The position numbers were made by a program, and so were the translations under genes. The notes below the pieces were generated by a model that ran no database searches, had not been told where the DNA came from, and saw nothing but the letters and a program-made list of their open reading frames with translations. From the NCBI GenBank assembly GCA_965242865.1, contig CBDETK010000013.1, positions 1,920,001 to 1,984,000 of the forward strand: 64,000 nucleotides of DNA, given 5' to 3'. Shown here piece after piece: positions 60,017 to 64,000 of the stretch (position 1 is its first letter; the number at the start of each line of letters is the position of its first letter). This DNA comes from Candidatus Latescibacterota bacterium. Lineage in GTDB: Bacteria; Latescibacterota; UBA2968; UBA8231.

Positions 60017-61006
60017 ATGCAAATCGGCACCACCCTCACTCGCTTCGTCATCGAACAAGAGCGGCAGCACCCCGAAGCCACCGGCGAATTCACCGGCCTA
60101 CTCACCGACCTGACTAGCGCGGCCAAAATCATCTCCCGCGACGTAAACAAAGCCGGCCTCGCCGAAGTAATGGGCCTGACCGGCCGCACCAACATTCACG
60201 GCGAAGCCGTGCAAAAGCTCGATGCGTTCGCCAACGCCACCGTCATCCGCACCACCGACCACACCGGGCGACTGGCCGGCATGGCTTCCGAAGAGATGGA
60301 CGACATGTACCCCATCCCGGCAAGGCATCCACGCGGTAACTACATCCTCGTCTTCGACCCGGTGGACGGATCGTCCAACATAGACGTGAACGTCTCCATC
60401 GGCACCATCTTCTCCATCTACCGCAAGAAAAGCACTGACGGCGTTACCCACGCAGACTTCCTCCGCCGCGGCCGCGAGCAAGTCTGCGCTGGCTACATTA
60501 TCTACGGCTCCAGCACCATGCTAGTCTATACCACCGGCAGCGGCAGCCACGGCTTTACCCTCGACCCAAGCCTCGGCGAATTCCTGCTCTCCCACGAGCA
60601 CATCCAGACCCCGGAACGCGGCCGGTACTACAGTGCAAACGAGGGCAACTATCTCAAGTGGGACCCGCCGGTGCGCCGCTTTGTCGATCAGCTAAAGGAA
60701 GGGCCGCACCCCTACTCGGCGCGCTACATCGGCTCGCTCGTGGCCGACTTCCACCGCAACCTGCTCAAAGGCGGCATCTTCCTCTACCCAGGCGACAGCA
60801 AGGCGCCCAGCGGCAAGCTGCGGCTCTTGTACGAAGCCGCGCCTCTCGCCTTTGTCGTCGAACAGGCCGGCGGTGCAGCCTCCAACGGAACCCAGCCCAT
60901 CCTAGACTTGCCGGCGACCGAGTTGCACCAGCGAACTCCCCTGTTCATCGGCAGCCGAGACGACGTAGCCACACTAGAGCAATTCATACGCGGCGAGCGG
61001 GCGTGA
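60017..61006 (+). CDS. fbp: Fructose-1,6-bisphosphatase class 1
   Basis: QKLD, ASEE, FDPVDGSSNIDVN, RYIGSLVADFHRNLLKGGIF, GKLRLLYEAAP. Confidence 0.97.
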   Translation: MQIGTTLTRFVIEQERQHPEATGEFTGLLTDLTSAAKIISRDVNKAGLAEVMGLTGRTNIHGEAVQKLDAFANATVIRTTDHTGRLAGMASEEMDDMYPIPARHPRGNYILVFDPVDGSSNIDVNVSIGTIFSIYRKKSTDGVTHADFLRRGREQVCAGYIIYGSSTMLVYTTGSGSHGFTLDPSLGEFLLSHEHIQTPERGRYYSANEGNYLKWDPPVRRFVDQLKEGPHPYSARYIGSLVADFHRNLLKGGIFLYPGDSKAPSGKLRLLYEAAPLAFVVEQAGGAASNGTQPILDLPATELHQRTPLFIGSRDDVATLEQFIRGERA

Positions 61007-61088
61007 ACGGTATCGCTTCTGCATAAAATTTCAGTAGGTTGCGGACAGACCCTTGCCAAATGGTATCATATCCGTTACCTAATTGTCG

Positions 61089-61193
61089 ATGATCGAGATC
61101 AGGGAATACATCGATCCCAAAGGACGTAGTCCCATCGAGACTGCCCAGGAGTTCTGGCGAGAATACAAACGACGCAAGCGACAGGAGGTTTGA
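61089..61193 (+). pseudogene. RelE/HigB-type addiction toxin with an in-frame internal deletion (34 aa left)
   Basis: MIEIREYIDPKGRSP|IETAQEFWREYKRRK: both termini of the ~100-aa killer-protein family, with the core absent. Confidence 0.75.
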
Positions 61194-61198
61194 AAATC

Positions 61199-61516
61199 AT
61201 GGCTCTGACGCGAAATTTCAAGGAAACGATCCAAGCGCGCATGGAGCGCGATCCAACCTTCCGCGAGGAACTGCTCAAGGAAGGGGTCGAGTGCCTGCTT
61301 GCGGGCGATGTAGATACTGGCAAGGCGGTATTGCGCGACTACATCAACGCAACCATTGGTTTTCGGGAGCTGGGCGGGTTGACCGCGAAGTCGCCCAAGA
61401 GCTTGATGCGCATGTTCAGCCCCAACGGCAAGCCCCAAGCCCGGAACCTGTTTGAGGTCATCGGATGGCTGCAAAAACGCGAAGGGTTGCACTTCAAAGT
61501 CCAAGCCGTTCGCTAA
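61199..61516 (+). CDS. Addiction-module antidote / HTH antitoxin
   Basis: MALTRNFKETI.AR..RDP.F, LRDYINATIGF, KSLMRM.SPNG.P.ARNLF. Confidence 0.85.
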   Translation: MALTRNFKETIQARMERDPTFREELLKEGVECLLAGDVDTGKAVLRDYINATIGFRELGGLTAKSPKSLMRMFSPNGKPQARNLFEVIGWLQKREGLHFKVQAVR

Positions 61517-61534
61517 GAACAGAACGGCTCGTTC

Positions 61535-61609
61535 CTACAAGCCGACGGAACCCAGCCTATCATGGGCTTCCTCCAAATCGCGGACGTTCAGGGCCAATTG
61601 CAAGCGCAT
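61535..61609 (-). pseudogene. Shard of a CadI/ArsI glyoxalase-family gene
   Basis: AAGGAG RBS + MRLQLALNVRDLEEA|HDRLGSVGL*; the N-terminus matches the CadI 'QLALNVxDL' motif. Confidence 0.55.
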
Positions 61610-61677
61610 AACTCGCTCCTTTCGTATTTTCTCTTTACTCAGTAAGACGCAAAAAATTCTGCCAAATTGCAATTATC

Positions 61678-62817
61678 GTGAAAATCGCGGCCATCAAACT
61701 CTCGGTTTTCGAGCTGCCAGCCACCACTTCCCCCTTCGATCTAGAGCGCGTCCCCTACGGGCACCGCACCCGCTGGCAGCCCTGCGGCCACCGCCGCGCC
61801 AACGCCCCCATCCACGTGCTCCACGTGCTGACCGACGAAGGGCTGGAGGGCATCTGCACCGTCGGCGACGCCCGCTACCAGACCATGCGCCGCGAGGAAT
61901 TGGAGGCTCTGCGAATCATGGCTGTCGGACGCGACCCCCTCGACCGCGAGCGGCTCGACGACAAGCTGCGCTGGGCCACCCGCTCGCTGTTTGCGCGCCC
62001 GGGCTGGCACGGGGCTTTTGACAATTGCCTCTGGGACATCGCCGGACAAGCCGCCAGTCTCCCCGTCTGCGCTCTAATTGGCCGGGCGCGAGCGCGTTGC
62101 CGGGCCTATTACAACGTCCCTTCCGGCGCTCTCGACGCGGCCATAGAAGGGGCCGACCAAGCACTCGCATCGGGCTTTGTGGCACTCAAAGACCACTGGT
62201 CCGGTCCCCCCGACACCAATATCGCGTGGTCGCGCACTATCCGCGAGCGCGTCGGCCCGGATGTCGATCTATTGCACGACGCGGCCGGCAGCCCCTACAA
62301 TCTGCGCGAAGCCCTGCGCGTTGGTCGCGCCCTAGAGGAACTCAACTACGGCTGGTTTGAGGAGGCGATTTCCGACCGCGACCTCCAGGGATTGCAAACG
62401 CTGTGTGCCCAACTCGACCTACCCGTCATGGCCCTTGAGACCCTGATGCACGACTATGAACTCTGCACCGCTTGGGTCCGCGCCAGTGCTACAGATCTCG
62501 TCCGCGCCAATGCCCGCCACGGCACCACGGTGACCCTCAAACTCGCCGCGCTGGCGGCCGCCCACCGCACCACCATCGAACTCAACGGCCCGGGCGGCCT
62601 TTTCGGCCTAGTCCACGCTCATCTAGTCTGCGCCCTGCAAAACACCACGTACTACGAGTATTTTCCCGGTGGCAGCCGCGACGAGATCGGCCGCGCGATC
62701 GGCCTGCTCAATCCCCCACTTCCCGTCAACGGCCACATCGCGCCGCCGACTGGTCCCGGCTGGGGAGCGGAGTGGGACCGGGCTTATTTTGCCAAAAAGC
62801 GCGTGGCCGAATGGTAA
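61678..62817 (+). CDS. Mandelate racemase / enolase-superfamily enzyme
   Basis: TDEGLEG, DNCLWDIAG, K.H, HDA, WFEE, PTGPGWG. Confidence 0.85.
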   Translation: MKIAAIKLSVFELPATTSPFDLERVPYGHRTRWQPCGHRRANAPIHVLHVLTDEGLEGICTVGDARYQTMRREELEALRIMAVGRDPLDRERLDDKLRWATRSLFARPGWHGAFDNCLWDIAGQAASLPVCALIGRARARCRAYYNVPSGALDAAIEGADQALASGFVALKDHWSGPPDTNIAWSRTIRERVGPDVDLLHDAAGSPYNLREALRVGRALEELNYGWFEEAISDRDLQGLQTLCAQLDLPVMALETLMHDYELCTAWVRASATDLVRANARHGTTVTLKLAALAAAHRTTIELNGPGGLFGLVHAHLVCALQNTTYYEYFPGGSRDEIGRAIGLLNPPLPVNGHIAPPTGPGWGAEWDRAYFAKKRVAEW

Positions 62818-62834
62818 GCTGCCATTAGATCCCC

Positions 62835-64000
62835 GTGAAAATCCAGTCTAAATTCCAAAGATCGCTCGTCGCGCTGCTCCACCGGGCACCGATACTTCTG
62901 TTCGCGATTGCGCTGATGTTAGCGGCATTTTTAGGGGGCGTGTATGTCACCGTAAAAAGAGCGTTTCCGTACGATCTTTTAAGAGGTTCCTATAGGACGG
63001 GTAAAACGCTGTACGATTCGTATAAGGAGAAGGATAAGTCCCGGTTACTTAATTATAAATTAACCTCCGCGGATGTCAGCCTCGACAGTTTGGCTGCGCG
63101 TCGCTTTGAATTCATCGGCGCAGATGAACTCGCCGATCCGATCCTCGTTTCCGGCGGGCTGGATTATTTCGCCGAGTATTGTCCCAACGCCAGCGGGTGC
63201 CTCGCGATCGAATACGACGGCCGAGGAAACGTGCGGCACGCCTATCCATTCCACCCCGAGCAACTAAAGACCGCACCCCGCCTCAGCGACTTGCCGCACG
63301 AACACTTTGGGGACTCGTTTGTTCCTTATGTTCGCCTAGTAGGTATATCCACCTACTCAAACGGCGATCTGCTGACCGTTTTCCATCTCCGTCATAGTTT
63401 TCCATTTGCCGGCGGCGTGGCACGGGTCAATCGCCAGGGTCAAGTACGCTGGTTCCGCCGAGACTATAGCCATCATATACCTTATGTAACCGAGGGCGAT
63501 ATTGCGCTGGTTCCAAGTCTGAGGATTGGCCAAGGACCTATCGACATCAAGCTCATCAACAACCGAACCTTTGCCTATACTTCAACTTTCCCTTTTAGAA
63601 GAGCGAGAACCTTCTATACGGACTTTGTCCACATCATTGACGGAAATGGGCGGCGGCTCAAAGCGATTTCCGTGCTGGACGCGATCCTCGAATCCCCGTT
63701 TGTACCAGCCCTGCGTTTCGCCAACATCGACGACCCGACCCATCTCAACTTTGTCCACCAACTGCGGGACGATGCCGGCGGTGTGGCCGGTATTGCACCG
63801 GGCGACCTCGTGGTTTCGCTTCGGGACTTAGACGCCTTCGGCATTCTAGACGGCGAAAGCTATCGGTTGAAAAAGTTGGTGCGCGGCAGCTTCTTTCGCC
63901 AACACAGCGTCCTGCATCTCGAAGGGGCTACGTTCCTCCTGTTCGACAACTGGGGAGGCGATGGCATACACGGCCCCTCTCGACTGCTCATGGTCGATCT
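62835..64000 (+). CDS. Arylsulfotransferase-family protein, running off the window end
   Basis: Frame open from GTG 62835 to the end (absent from the ORF track): N-terminal TM, NGDLL, SHH, DPTHLN, GDLVVSLR, RQH, LFDN. Confidence 0.75.
   Translation, partial: MKIQSKFQRSLVALLHRAPILLFAIALMLAAFLGGVYVTVKRAFPYDLLRGSYRTGKTLYDSYKEKDKSRLLNYKLTSADVSLDSLAARRFEFIGADELADPILVSGGLDYFAEYCPNASGCLAIEYDGRGNVRHAYPFHPEQLKTAPRLSDLPHEHFGDSFVPYVRLVGISTYSNGDLLTVFHLRHSFPFAGGVARVNRQGQVRWFRRDYSHHIPYVTEGDIALVPSLRIGQGPIDIKLINNRTFAYTSTFPFRRARTFYTDFVHIIDGNGRRLKAISVLDAILESPFVPALRFANIDDPTHLNFVHQLRDDAGGVAGIAPGDLVVSLRDLDAFGILDGESYRLKKLVRGSFFRQHSVLHLEGATFLLFDNWGGDGIHGPSRLLMVD

Noticed and set aside
62835-64000. Fragmented pseudogene suggested by the short ORFs in the track
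   Set aside because: One frame stays open to the window end; it is missing from the track only because its stop lies outside the window.

Overview
A GC-rich bacterial chromosomal window. Its gene content (LRR/YWTD lipoproteins, a large Ig-repeat protein with a FlgD-Ig tail, several PhyH dioxygenases, HEAT fusions, TIM-barrel epimerases, an arylsulfotransferase) resembles sponge-associated Latescibacterota, Gemmatimonadota or Poribacteria; this assignment is inference. Core genes: carB-TPR-pyrK-pyrD, nnr, fbp, class I fumarase, uxaC-like, larA, hemJ, pcm, hinT and a stand-alone rplC. Accessory content: three paralogous LRR lipoproteins, two restriction-modification-type loci, a caspase-like/DUF433 fusion, an IS630 remnant and many small gene shards. 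The most striking unannotated structure has four parts. (1) Two families of small non-autonomous elements (MITEs) with TWA target sites stack in intergenic spaces. (2) One family appears to have expanded into a 2.44-kb transposase-less cassette (perfect 20-bp terminal inverted repeats, TAA duplication) carrying a complete LRR-YWTD lipoprotein gene with its leader. (3) A palindrome + poly-C element lies upstream of three surface-protein genes. (4) The repeat units of these proteins have conserved frameworks with hypervariable positions. All calls come from reading the sequence by eye; no searches were run.
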